A DNA stretch of 64,000 bases, from positions 96,001 to 160,000 of IMG/VR virus record IMGVR_UViG_3300005330_000014. One strand, 5' to 3'. The notes beneath the pieces were generated by a model. It was not told where the DNA came from, did no database searches, and saw only the letters and a program-made list of their open reading frames with translations. The stretch comes from a virus (lineage: Duplodnaviria > Caudoviricetes). Made by a program: the position numbers and the translations under genes. Numbering within the stretch: position 1 is the first letter of the stretch; each line of letters begins with the position of its first letter. This document shows positions 1 through 9,501 of this stretch, one piece after another.

Positions 1-9
1 TAACCATAA

Positions 10-177
10 TTATTTTGCTTCTGTTAATACTTTAGATACTTCTTTATAATTCAAATCTTTTAAAATCCGAGAGCGAAATTTCTCGGCACTACCTTTCGTG
101 CTGAAAGACGCTATTTCACACAACCAGTACGAATTTACAAAAGTGCAAAAAGCTTGTTTATAAATGATATAATACAT
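10..177 (-). CDS. small hypothetical protein (55 aa, not in ORF track)
   Basis: ATG at 177, open to TAA at 10-12 (MYYIIYKQAF...LTEAK); fits the tightly packed minus-strand run. Confidence 0.45.
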   Translation of the reverse strand: MYYIIYKQAFCTFVNSYWLCEIASFSTKGSAEKFRSRILKDLNYKEVSKVLTEAK

Positions 178-181
178 AAAA

Positions 182-406
182 CTAAATTAGATTGTTTCTC
201 AACTCTTTTAATTCGGGCGCATCTAAAAATTGAATTGCCGTAATTAAAGCCGCACGATCAGCTTCCTTATAACCATATTGGTTAGAGTAATAATGATTAA
301 TTTCTCTGATTCGATCTTCGGTAGGGCGCGGGGATACAGGATTAGCTAAATAAAATAATCCAACCCCTTTGATTAATGTTAAAAATTGTTCAGAATGTTG
401 ACTCAT
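182..406 (-). CDS. hypothetical protein
   Basis: 74-aa ORF in the gene run, preceded by an AACTAACTAACT leader. Confidence 0.6.
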   Translation of the reverse strand: MSQHSEQFLTLIKGVGLFYLANPVSPRPTEDRIREINHYYSNQYGYKEADRAALITAIQFLDAPELKELRNNLI

Positions 407-423
407 AAAAATTAGTTAGTTAG

Positions 424-876
424 TTAAAATAAACTCCTACGATATTTATTAAGAATACATTCAGCATATACGCATACCAAAGTTTCTTCATCCCACTCTA
501 CAAAGTCCTGTAGCTCCGGGCGGATAATTACTATTTTTGGATCAATATTATAGTTTAAATGAAAAAGTTCATGGCTTAATAGCCAAATTAAGAATTCAGT
601 TGTATTATTTAAATGGGTTTCACGAAAATATGATTCCTGAAAATCGTGATTAATATCTAATACCTGCGGAAAGAATTCGTCCGCCGGAGCAATAACCAAA
701 ACAGTATTTTTTTCTACATCTGCCTCCCCATCCCAACCATCATCCTTACTTTGTTTAATAGTTACTTTAATTTTTAAATCACTTTTTTGTAAGCCGGGCG
801 GCAAACAATAATGAACTATTTTAAGTAGATCGGAGTCCTTATAATCCGTCCGATTCTTTAAGACAATTTTGCTCAT
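424..876 (-). CDS. putative HEXXH zinc metallopeptidase-like protein
   Basis: LLSHELFHL motif with a downstream Glu (WDEETL); directly downstream of a promoter. Confidence 0.5.
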   Translation of the reverse strand: MSKIVLKNRTDYKDSDLLKIVHYCLPPGLQKSDLKIKVTIKQSKDDGWDGEADVEKNTVLVIAPADEFFPQVLDINHDFQESYFRETHLNNTTEFLIWLLSHELFHLNYNIDPKIVIIRPELQDFVEWDEETLVCVYAECILNKYRRSLF

Positions 877-882
877 AATTTT

Positions 883-910
883 ATTCTAGCAAATGGAGCA
901 AAGCTGTCAA
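883..910 (-). promoter_or_regulatory. sigma70-type promoter, probably leaderless
   Basis: TTGACA-16 nt (ending TGC)-TAGAAT; the A of the ATG at 876 lies 7 nt after the -10 box. Confidence 0.7.
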
Positions 911-978
911 GCACTTTCTTTGCCCACATTTTTTCTTGTGATTTGCCCATCTAAATTCTAAATTTACCAAACTGCCAG

Positions 979-1329
979 CTACCATCTATTTTTTCTTAAA
1001 TTATTTCTATATTGGGAATAGGGATCGGGATCAACAAATTCTTCCAAATATCTTTCTATCCAAGGATAATATCGTTCTTTATAAAGACACCACGCAAGCG
1101 GGCGCACAATCAAATAATTAATACCTAATAAGCAGCCAACGTAAAAGAATAATGCGCCGCGATCATAATTTAAATTGAATGCCAAAAAGTTGTAATAATA
1201 ACACAACCAAAACATTGAAATCATACCCAAAAGCATTACAAGTTTAAATGTAATTGAGACTAGGGAATAAATAACAAATTGCCGTGCGCGGACTTCTACC
1301 GGGGCGGCATAGAATTGTGTGGAACTCAT
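979..1329 (-). CDS. membrane protein
   Basis: two long hydrophobic segments. Confidence 0.6.
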   Translation of the reverse strand: MSSTQFYAAPVEVRARQFVIYSLVSITFKLVMLLGMISMFWLCYYYNFLAFNLNYDRGALFFYVGCLLGINYLIVRPLAWCLYKERYYPWIERYLEEFVDPDPYSQYRNNLRKNRW

Positions 1330-1443
1330 AGATTTGAATTATTATTAATTATTAAATTTCGGCGCGCATCGTGTCGAGCGATGTTTCTTCCAATTATAAG
1401 TCGGACCCTGAAACCGTCCAGCCCACGCCGGGAAATTACTAAT

Positions 1444-1749
1444 TTAATCCCATAAAATTACTTCATCAAGTGTTTGTGCGAATTTAAACCCCGGTTCTTT
1501 TTGCTTATTTATATATAATTGAACATATGGGAAAGCTGGGTGGCCGGGCCAATTATCTAAAATTTGTTTAGAGCATCTATCGCATAGCTTTTCTTTAGCT
1601 AATTCAGGATTTGCTTCAATTTCTAATCTAGTATGTCCAAAATTATTCCAAGATGTTGCACGGGGATGCTTTTTGCAGCGCGGACATTTCGGGCGGACAC
1701 CTTTTAAAGATTTAATAGTGACACTAACTTGCAAGTCTGGTTTAGCCAT
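1444..1749 (-). CDS. hypothetical protein with two CxxC pairs (putative zinc finger)
   Basis: CPRC and CDRC motifs. Confidence 0.6.
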   Translation of the reverse strand: MAKPDLQVSVTIKSLKGVRPKCPRCKKHPRATSWNNFGHTRLEIEANPELAKEKLCDRCSKQILDNWPGHPAFPYVQLYINKQKEPGFKFAQTLDEVILWD

Positions 1750-1755
1750 TTAGAC

Positions 1756-1783
1756 AGCCTAGCACTTCCAAAGTTATTGTCAA
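1756..1783 (-). promoter_or_regulatory. sigma70-type promoter, probably leaderless
   Basis: TTGACA-16 nt (ending TGC)-TAGGCT; ATG at 1749 lies 7 nt after the -10 box. Confidence 0.7.
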
Positions 1784-1817
1784 GATTTATTTTTGACTTT
1801 CTGAAACCAAACTTTAG

Positions 1818-2198
1818 TTATTTCTTATTCCAAACTTTAATTACTTTTTCCCCAATTTCTACTTGATATAGATTATTGAATTCTAATTCTGACCCATTAT
1901 AAGATTGATACCAACCGGGGATTTTCCAGTATGTTTCTTGTTTCTCGGGAGAAGTTAGTTTAATAACTACCCAATGTTCTTCGCCCGCGCCTTCTGAGCC
2001 ACCGAAACGCTCGGCAAGTTCTAATTTCCAGCCTAAACCAATTTCAAAAACATAATCATAACGATAATTATTTTGTCGCCAAGAATCAGTTTTATCGTCC
2101 AATTTATGCAAAAGCGCGGCCAAATGATTTTTATCCAATCTCCAAGACTGGTTCACTAACTCAATTACTTCCGTTTTAATTTCTCTGTTTGTATTCAT
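1818..2198 (-). CDS. conserved hypothetical phage protein
   Basis: GGSEGAGEEHW...GWYQSYNGSE pattern resembles a common uncharacterised phage family (recalled, not searched). Confidence 0.6.
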   Translation of the reverse strand: MNTNREIKTEVIELVNQSWRLDKNHLAALLHKLDDKTDSWRQNNYRYDYVFEIGLGWKLELAERFGGSEGAGEEHWVVIKLTSPEKQETYWKIPGWYQSYNGSELEFNNLYQVEIGEKVIKVWNKK

Positions 2199-2213
2199 AT
2201 TATTTGTTTGTTG

Positions 2214-2996
2214 TTATTTATTATTTTCTAACCTTAGTTTTCCTTCTTTTTCTGCCTGTTTAAATTTTGTTATATATTGTTTATCGTTGGAACTATACAA
2301 TAAGTGATAATTTTCAATAATAAACATTTTGAACCATCCGCTACTCATTGTAGTAATTAACTTTTTAAGACTTTTAGAATAAGATAGTTTATCCCCGGCG
2401 GTAAAGTCTGAGGGAATTAAATATCTTTCTAGAGCCGTTACCCAAATTTCTTCTTGAACTAACAATAATTGGTCACGAATACTTAATTGTTTAAATTTTC
2501 TCTCTAAACATTTAACTGAATTTTCATTTTCTAATATTCGATAATAAAGAGGTTCATCATAAACTGCTACAGCTTTGTGAATGTCATCGTGAACATATTT
2601 TCTATTAACTGCATCATTAAAGAATGCCCCGGCATCCTTATCTTTAAGCGCGGCCCATTTCTTTCCATGCACTTTAATCCAACCATTGACTAGTTTCTTG
2701 TATAATTCTGGATCAAATTTGCAACCCTTAGATTTAAGAAAAAGAATATCGTTAGCAGTTTTAAGCCAGTGAATATCCCAACCAAAATGACTACATTTTA
2801 GATTATAAAGTAAATTGGGGGCCAAATATTTAGCACTACCGTTTCTGTCAATTAATTCTTGAAATTCATCAATCCAATATCTTTGAACGTCTTTTGTTAC
2901 TGAAGGGTGTTTAGATATATAATCAGTATCTTTAGGCGCGCGAAATTCGGGGAACCAATATTTAATAGCTGTGGAACCAATTATTAAGTCGCTCAT
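2214..2996 (-). CDS. putative Pol-beta-like nucleotidyltransferase (uncharacterised phage family)
   Basis: IIGS-x14-DTD fits the hG[GS]...DxD signature; later HDDIH motif. Confidence 0.45.
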   Translation of the reverse strand: MSDLIIGSTAIKYWFPEFRAPKDTDYISKHPSVTKDVQRYWIDEFQELIDRNGSAKYLAPNLLYNLKCSHFGWDIHWLKTANDILFLKSKGCKFDPELYKKLVNGWIKVHGKKWAALKDKDAGAFFNDAVNRKYVHDDIHKAVAVYDEPLYYRILENENSVKCLERKFKQLSIRDQLLLVQEEIWVTALERYLIPSDFTAGDKLSYSKSLKKLITTMSSGWFKMFIIENYHLLYSSNDKQYITKFKQAEKEGKLRLENNK

Positions 2997-3001
2997 TTAA
3001 A

Positions 3002-4075
3002 TTAAATTTTATTAATTTCTTGGAAATACCAAATTCTAGCTTTTTTTGCAATCTCGCCACCAACATCTTTTTTATTTAATCCTGACGCTTCTAGTTCATC
3101 ATTGCATTCTTTAAGGATATCATTGGCTATAAATCTTAAAAAGTCTCCCATGCAAGTTTGTGGTGCGGCTTTATTATATAGATTGTTTTCTTTTAGATAG
3201 TTAAATCCTTGAGTCAATCTTTCAATATTAACATTCTTGTCTACAAATCCTTCAATTGTTTTAGCTTTTTCAATATCTACTTTAGCTAAAGTTTTTACAT
3301 GTGAACCAGCATGTTCTTGGCCCTTAACTTTAAACCAAAATTTAGTATTGCCAAAATCTTCCCCAGCAGCTTGCCAAACAATGCCCTCTCCAATTCCACT
3401 AACACCTAACGTTAAACCAAATGGAGATTCTTTCTCTACTTCTAAAGTATAGTTATTGATTAAATCCAGTGATTCCGCCGGGCGTTCAAAATCAATTTCA
3501 ATATCCCAGCGTTTCCCTTGATAAATACTGAAAATTCTATGGTTATTCCAATGAGATTCTAAATATGTTTTATCAAACTGAGAAAAATCCGCCCATTCGC
3601 GGGCGTTTTCATCATTTTCATCATAAATAACTAGGGCCGCGAAAATAGCCCAAAATTTATCTACTTCACTAATAGCAACTTTATTTTGAATTCCTTTCCC
3701 GGCCCATTCGCCATAAATTACCACAATATAGCTAGAATGATTGTCTTGATCAAATGCCATGTATAATTCATTAACTACTTCGAGCGGCAAATTATTAATA
3801 AATTGAGCAAAACCATAATTATCATCGCCCGGCTGAATAATCCTTTCGCGAGATTGACAATAAAATGATCTATCAGATTTAATCACAACTGAACAATTAG
3901 AACCATGAAGCTTTTCGGTCCCAAAATATTTCAGTTTAGGTAATACAGCCGCACGATTCATAATCGGCTGTTGATCCGCATCCAATCCCTGAAATTGTGC
4001 TTTCCATTGCACATTCCGCGCGGCATTTCTAAATTGTTCAATGCTAGGGAATTTATGTAAAGTAAAACTATTCAT
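3002..4075 (-). CDS. RNA ligase, Rnl2 family
   Basis: motif I EKLHGSN (adenylated Lys), IYGEWAG, GEGIVW, FKVKG motifs. Confidence 0.85.
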   Translation of the reverse strand: MNSFTLHKFPSIEQFRNAARNVQWKAQFQGLDADQQPIMNRAAVLPKLKYFGTEKLHGSNCSVVIKSDRSFYCQSRERIIQPGDDNYGFAQFINNLPLEVVNELYMAFDQDNHSSYIVVIYGEWAGKGIQNKVAISEVDKFWAIFAALVIYDENDENAREWADFSQFDKTYLESHWNNHRIFSIYQGKRWDIEIDFERPAESLDLINNYTLEVEKESPFGLTLGVSGIGEGIVWQAAGEDFGNTKFWFKVKGQEHAGSHVKTLAKVDIEKAKTIEGFVDKNVNIERLTQGFNYLKENNLYNKAAPQTCMGDFLRFIANDILKECNDELEASGLNKKDVGGEIAKKARIWYFQEINKI

Positions 4076-4119
4076 TATTTTTTAGTTTGGTTTAATTAAT
4101 TCAATAATTTAATATGTAA

Positions 4120-4506
4120 TTAAAGTAACACTCCTTGTTTAATTTTCGGCTTCAAGGTAAACATATCGGTTAATGGATGATTGTGAGCTTTTGGTTCTCT
4201 GGAGTATCCGCAATAACTTATTTTAAATTCTTCCAGCACCGACTTAATTTCTTCTACTTGTGCAGGCGTGGCATTAAAACTATGACCTATAGATTGGTTA
4301 CTACTCCCTATTATATAAATAACCCGTGAAAGCTTATCGACTTCCACGGTGCAAGATCGCCAAATTTGCCAACCTTTAGTTGTAGCACATACGCACCCAT
4401 GAGGAATACGATCATCTTGTTTACAAATTTCTAATCTGTATCTCGTATCTCCAACCACAGGAAATATTTTATATTCAAAAACAAATTTAGACATTTGGTT
4501 GTTCAA
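4120..4506 (-). CDS. hypothetical protein with HNHPLTDMF motif
   Basis: 128-aa ORF; motif at 4159-4185. Confidence 0.7.
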   Translation of the reverse strand: MNNQMSKFVFEYKIFPVVGDTRYRLEICKQDDRIPHGCVCATTKGWQIWRSCTVEVDKLSRVIYIIGSSNQSIGHSFNATPAQVEEIKSVLEEFKISYCGYSREPKAHNHPLTDMFTLKPKIKQGVLL

Positions 4507-4521
4507 TCAATTAACTAATGA

Positions 4522-4782
4522 CTAATCATTGTACTCAACTAATTCTCTATCAAATCGGCAAGGATCAGTAGCTAATTCTAATTCTTTAAACCAATTATCA
4601 TTACTAGAATCAGTTAATAATAAATGATCGTTTTGTTCCGGGCGGGAGGCGTAAATAGGATAAGCGCGGGCGGATATATTGCCACAAGGTAATTTAATAA
4701 CACTTAAATTGAATTCCGCGCGGTCGCCACGCATCCGAACGCGACGCGGCTTTTTAAGCAAGAAATCTAGAGTTAAATTCAT
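4522..4782 (-). CDS. hypothetical protein
   Basis: 86-aa ORF in the gene run. Confidence 0.55.
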   Translation of the reverse strand: MNLTLDFLLKKPRRVRMRGDRAEFNLSVIKLPCGNISARAYPIYASRPEQNDHLLLTDSSNDNWFKELELATDPCRFDRELVEYND

Positions 4783-4916
4783 TTATTTTTATTCTTTTTC
4801 TTTAATTCTTTCCACTTCAAATACCAAGCTAATTGCCCGGTTAAGCAGTACATTAATGCGTAAAATAGTTTCATAAATAATTAGTGTATTTCAATTTAAA
4901 TATAATTTAGTTTTGT

Positions 4917-5936
4917 TCAAGAATAACTGGCACTTGCGCCGCCGCCGCCGAAACTTCCGCCGCCAGCTTCGATACTAGAGCCGCCGCCGGGGATATTAAA
5001 AGAACTGTTATCATCATTATCTCTGCTCGATCCGCCTAAATTAAACGGAATAGGAACAGGAATATAAGTAGTACTGGTGCTATCGCGGTTGTCATCATCT
5101 TGACGACGCCGACGATTATCACGATATCTATCATTATTATTAACTTTCTTTCTCATTGGAATCGGCACAGGAACAGGCGCGATAACTGGACGACGAGATT
5201 TAGCAATTTTTTGAGTTACTCTAGTCACTGATTTTCTAGATGGACGAATAGAACTGAGAGGGAGAGAATCGGGGCGCGACGGCACAAAAACAGGCACTCC
5301 CTCATACACCCTAGACTCTTTAATTTCTTCTTTCTTTTTAAATACTATTCGATAAGCCAAATAACCAAAAACCCCCAAACAAATCACTACTAAAAATATA
5401 CCTAATGGGTTGCCAGCGTCTTCCGTTTTATTGATTTTAATAACATCCGCCCGAACTAACTGTTTATTGATTTCTGAAATTCCAGATTCCAATCCGGCGG
5501 CATACTGCTTCTGAGCAAATTTCGGAATAATTTGATTATTGAGAATTTGTTTTAATCGAATATCTGGCAAAACAGCTTCGTTTCCGTAACCCGTTTCAAA
5601 CCGTAACTTTTTGACATCAGGAAACCAAAATAAAACTAATCCATTACTCGTTTGTTTTTGTCCGATTTTCCATGCATTGGCAATTCGATTAGTATAATCT
5701 TCCAAAGATGATTCTGTATCGTATTTTAGAATACTAATAACAAATTGAGGATGATTCGGGGCACTTTTTTCAAGATTAGCTAATTCTTCGTTCATTAGCG
5801 CGGCATCGTTCTGAGAAATAATACCTACCCGATCATCAAAATATTTAGTAGGCGCGGGCGGAATTGTTTCGCTGAATGCGTTAAATGCTGAACCAGCCAA
5901 AGCTAGCGCGCCGATAATAAGGGTGAATGTTTTCAT
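4917..5936 (-). CDS. TPM-domain (YgcG-like) membrane protein
   Basis: signal peptide; YFDDRVGII, WKIGQK..NGLVL, ETGYGNEAVLPD TPM motifs; TM helix; Gly-rich GGGSFGGGGAS tail. Confidence 0.88.
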   Translation of the reverse strand: MKTFTLIIGALALAGSAFNAFSETIPPAPTKYFDDRVGIISQNDAALMNEELANLEKSAPNHPQFVISILKYDTESSLEDYTNRIANAWKIGQKQTSNGLVLFWFPDVKKLRFETGYGNEAVLPDIRLKQILNNQIIPKFAQKQYAAGLESGISEINKQLVRADVIKINKTEDAGNPLGIFLVVICLGVFGYLAYRIVFKKKEEIKESRVYEGVPVFVPSRPDSLPLSSIRPSRKSVTRVTQKIAKSRRPVIAPVPVPIPMRKKVNNNDRYRDNRRRRQDDDNRDSTSTTYIPVPIPFNLGGSSRDNDDNSSFNIPGGGSSIEAGGGSFGGGGASASYS

Positions 5937-5953
5937 ATTTATTATTGAGTTAT

Positions 5954-6136
5954 TTATTCATTGACAATTTTATCTAGTTGTTTTATTAATTCGAGCGCGT
6001 TAGAGTTGCACGTATTAGCATATGCTACCGAGTCCGCGTTTCTCGCTTCATCTTGTAAATGTTGAATTTGGCTTTTGATTATTTCCAATTGTGTTAATTT
6101 TAAAGCCGCACGGTTTATATCTAATGGTTCTGACAT
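5954..6136 (-). CDS. small coiled-coil hypothetical protein
   Basis: 60-aa ORF between the TPM and GT genes. Confidence 0.5.
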   Translation of the reverse strand: MSEPLDINRAALKLTQLEIIKSQIQHLQDEARNADSVAYANTCNSNALELIKQLDKIVNE

Positions 6137-6155
6137 ATTATTACTTGGTTGTTGG

Positions 6156-7121
6156 TTATTTAACTACTTCTCTTGCTTCAAAATATTTATCGACATAATC
6201 AGTTTGCGGGGCTAAGAAAAATCCGTTTTCATCTCTTTTAGTTATTTTCGACATAACCGGAGAGAAATCTTGGATTCTTTTTAAATATTGTCTTTTATTA
6301 ATGTCGCCGTGCCAAAGATGATATAAATCTCCCTTTACATAGCCAATTTTTCCTTGAACTAAGTAATAAAATGCTTCTGACCATTCATTAATATAATCTA
6401 AGTTATCAGTAAATGCTTTAGTTACGCAAGGATGGGGAATTTGCCCAGCGGATGCGTGCGCGATTACGTGGTCCGCTCCACCTATTAACGCTCTATCATA
6501 AAGCGGAACACATTCTAAAATTTCGCGATGGGATGCCCAAGCAAATCCAACGTGCCCATGAATATCATAGTTTAAACTAATATGGTCGTTTCGAGATTGG
6601 TTATAGGTTGCACAAAAGCTTCTCCAGATTTTAGTCCCAATTCGTGGTTTGTCAACAACTGTTTTTGCCAAATTAACATCGAAATTTGGTTTAATTTCAT
6701 CTTGTTCCAAATGGATGCAAAACTCAAAAGGCTGAATAATGTTATTAACTTGTAACTGTTTAACTCCATCGGTCAGCCAATTCTTATTAGTAAATAAAAC
6801 GTCAGCATCCACCCAAAAGACGTATTTAAATTCGGGCGGCAAATCTTTAATTATTTTATTTAATAGTGTTTCTTTATGCCAAAGTAATCCTTCGGTGTAG
6901 ACAATCGTAATGTTTGGATCGTTATACTTACTTAATTGTGATTGCCCCGGCCCAATAACCAATTCAATAATTCTATGGTTAAGATGTTTAATACTTTGAT
7001 ACCATTTATCGAATACTTTGCGGCGATACTCTGAATTTTTTGGATTAAAGAAACAGCTAATAATAACAGCTTCTTTGTGAGACTGATATCGACCGAGAGC
7101 AGTATTAATCACATTTCGCAT
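6156..7121 (-). CDS. glycosyltransferase-like protein (GT-A fold)
   Basis: YVFWVDADVLF DxD motif, WHKETLLN, GGAD and LYHLWHG motifs. Confidence 0.65.
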   Translation of the reverse strand: MRNVINTALGRYQSHKEAVIISCFFNPKNSEYRRKVFDKWYQSIKHLNHRIIELVIGPGQSQLSKYNDPNITIVYTEGLLWHKETLLNKIIKDLPPEFKYVFWVDADVLFTNKNWLTDGVKQLQVNNIIQPFEFCIHLEQDEIKPNFDVNLAKTVVDKPRIGTKIWRSFCATYNQSRNDHISLNYDIHGHVGFAWASHREILECVPLYDRALIGGADHVIAHASAGQIPHPCVTKAFTDNLDYINEWSEAFYYLVQGKIGYVKGDLYHLWHGDINKRQYLKRIQDFSPVMSKITKRDENGFFLAPQTDYVDKYFEAREVVK

Positions 7122-7216
7122 ATCTATTGATTATATAACCAAGATAATTCAAACAGTTATAAACTTTGGTATTTCTTTTAAATCTATTACGAAACAAAAG
7201 AATGTTTATACTTAAT

Positions 7217-7828
7217 TTAGTCAAATTTAACCACTGGCGCGGATTGGGCGGATTCATCGGCTTTAAAGAACGGTTTAGATTTAAAATTAAAGAATCCGGC
7301 GATTAAACTATTTGGAAATCCTACAATTACTTGATTGTATTTTTTAACTACTCCATTGTAATTGCGCCGCTCAACACTAATTCTATTTTCAGTTCCCTCT
7401 AATTCAATAGTTAAATTAGCATATTGCTGGGTGGCTTTTAGAGCAGGATAATTCTCAGTCACCATCATTAATCTACTAAGTGCTTGACTAATATTACCTT
7501 GTGCTTTTTCAAAGGACTGCAATTGTTCAGCGCTTTCGGGCGCTTTATTTTGTTGAATAGTTACTTGCCCAACGCTTGCTCTAGCCTTGGCAATATTAGT
7601 TAAAGTATCGCCTTCAAACTTGGCCGCGCCTTTAACAGTATTAACAAAATTAGGAATTAGATCATTACGTCGTTGATAGGTTGATTGCAAATTTCCCCAT
7701 TGTGCATCTACATTCACCGCTTCTTTATTAATTGTATTATATACTCCAAGTCCCCAGCTACCAATTCCGAATACGACGAACATGAGCAGGGCAACAAAGC
7801 CGCCGAAAATAAGTAATGCGAATTTCAT
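7217..7828 (-). CDS. lemA: LemA family protein
   Basis: N-terminal TM; YQRRNDLIPNFVNTVKG, ENYPALKA, LEGTENRISVERRNYN, FPNSLIAG motifs. Confidence 0.93.
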   Translation of the reverse strand: MKFALLIFGGFVALLMFVVFGIGSWGLGVYNTINKEAVNVDAQWGNLQSTYQRRNDLIPNFVNTVKGAAKFEGDTLTNIAKARASVGQVTIQQNKAPESAEQLQSFEKAQGNISQALSRLMMVTENYPALKATQQYANLTIELEGTENRISVERRNYNGVVKKYNQVIVGFPNSLIAGFFNFKSKPFFKADESAQSAPVVKFD

Positions 7829-7885
7829 AATATGTATATGTTGTATTAGATTTAAGACTAGATCGTTAATTTAGCAAATTTCAAA

Positions 7886-8449
7886 TTACTTCTTAATTAA
7901 TTCGGATATTTTTTCAACAATAACAACCCGGGGCGCAACAAGTGCTTTAACGCCCAATTCAATACGAGGAAGAGTAAATTGAAAAAGGACTGGCCCGCAC
8001 ATTGCAAAAGTCATAATTGCCCCTATAATAACGCCGAAAGTATTAACATGCATATCAGTCCAAGCTTTTTCCTTAAGCTTATTTTCTGCCTGAATATTAT
8101 GAAGTAGTACATAAAGGCTAATAATAGCTAGAGTTAATCCAAAAATGCCCATTAATAGATTATCTACAATTTGCCATCTAATATAATCAGCAATAAATAA
8201 AGGAGTTTGTTCGCCTACCGTTTGCCCGGCTTTATTAAGCAGAGGCCCAACTGTTTTGCCGGTTTCGGATGCCGTGGCTTTTACCCAATTAGTTAAATCA
8301 ATAGCATTTTGCTTAAAGATTTCATCGACGGGAGATTTACTAGTTACTTCTGTGGTTGGAGTAGGTGTAGCCGCCGGGCCATCCGCGAAAGCAGAGATGG
8401 ACAGAGTGAGTGACAGAATTAAGATGGATGTTAGTTTATTTGTTTTCAT
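7886..8449 (-). CDS. membrane protein with signal peptide
   Basis: signal peptide ending AFA; two TM segments. Confidence 0.65.
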   Translation of the reverse strand: MKTNKLTSILILSLTLSISAFADGPAATPTPTTEVTSKSPVDEIFKQNAIDLTNWVKATASETGKTVGPLLNKAGQTVGEQTPLFIADYIRWQIVDNLLMGIFGLTLAIISLYVLLHNIQAENKLKEKAWTDMHVNTFGVIIGAIMTFAMCGPVLFQFTLPRIELGVKALVAPRVVIVEKISELIKK

Positions 8450-8841
8450 ACTGATTACTTAATTACTTAGTTTTAGTTATTTGGTTTTTCTAGTTAGTTT
8501 AGTTTATTTCCTGAGATGATTAAAATAGAAAAGCCTTAGCTTCTCGCGCGGCTTCCCGAAAAGGTTTGTGCAACCATTGAAGAAATGGTGAACGAGTGTC
8601 CTTTTCAATTGGATAGCTTGCGCCGATAATCTTAGGAATTACTTGCATAGTTTTTGATCGATACATTCTGGGCCATAAAACCATTCCGCCCCGTAATCAA
8701 CTACCAATTTAATTGTTTTTTTTACCTAATGTGATTAGTTTTTCATTTTGTTACTTAATGTTAGTTTTGGTTGTTTAGTTGGTTTCTTGATTATATACTG
8801 ATTGTCGGTGAATCTTCTATTACTATGCCAATTCATTAGTT

Positions 8842-9144
8842 TTATAATAGCTTAACTTTTTTACTTTTAGTTGCAACTACTTTCACTTTATTGGCATTGG
8901 CCTTGTGGGTTTGCACAGCTTTCGCGCGCCCGACTTCCGCATTAATTACTTGATTAATTTTAGCTAAATCTGGCAATTTATTCATAATAAAAGAAGCAAC
9001 TTGTTCGGTCGTCCATTGGCCCGGCCCATTCGCGCGCAAATCTTTTAGAATAGTTACTTTACCTTCTTCCTGCACGGCTTCAAGTCGGCTGGCAAAGAGT
9101 TTTCCTGTACTGATTTTATATCCATTAGTTCGTTGAATTTGCAT
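8842..9144 (-). CDS. hypothetical protein
   Basis: 100-aa basic ORF. Confidence 0.6.
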   Translation of the reverse strand: MQIQRTNGYKISTGKLFASRLEAVQEEGKVTILKDLRANGPGQWTTEQVASFIMNKLPDLAKINQVINAEVGRAKAVQTHKANANKVKVVATKSKKVKLL

Positions 9145-9187
9145 AGTTTAGTGTATTATTTATTAATTGTTTCTTTCGTTTTTTTAG

Positions 9188-9496
9188 TTAATATTCTTCT
9201 TTTTCGTTCACCCATTTAAAATCCCAAGTATTTATTAAGAAAATGGTAGAGCATTTCTCGCATTTAAGTTTCATCGCAGTGGGACGGATAGAAATAGAAC
9301 AATTGCCGCGCGGCGGCTCCCATTCCCCGTTAGGCACTTTTTCAATTACTAGATGCGCCCCGCCAATATGTTTATTTTGCTTACAACGCCAAATTTTAAT
9401 TAATTTAGGTAAATTTTTAAACCAAAGTAATGATCCAACATACCAAAGACGTAAATTTAGTTCTAGTAACTTTGTTTCAAGTTTAAATTTATTCAT
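9188..9496 (-). CDS. hypothetical protein
   Basis: 102-aa ORF in the gene run, contains CEKC. Confidence 0.5.
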   Translation of the reverse strand: MNKFKLETKLLELNLRLWYVGSLLWFKNLPKLIKIWRCKQNKHIGGAHLVIEKVPNGEWEPPRGNCSISIRPTAMKLKCEKCSTIFLINTWDFKWVNEKEEY

Positions 9497-9501
9497 AACT
9501 T

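Noticed and set aside
1354-1438. Hammerhead ribozyme in the three-stem element
   Set aside because: No CUGAnGA core on either strand, and the GAAAC stem is not followed by the required GUH
8638-8840. Frameshifted gene suggested by A-runs at 8716-8723 and 8739-8743
   Set aside because: Requires two compensating indels and still yields only about 35 aa; no supporting motif
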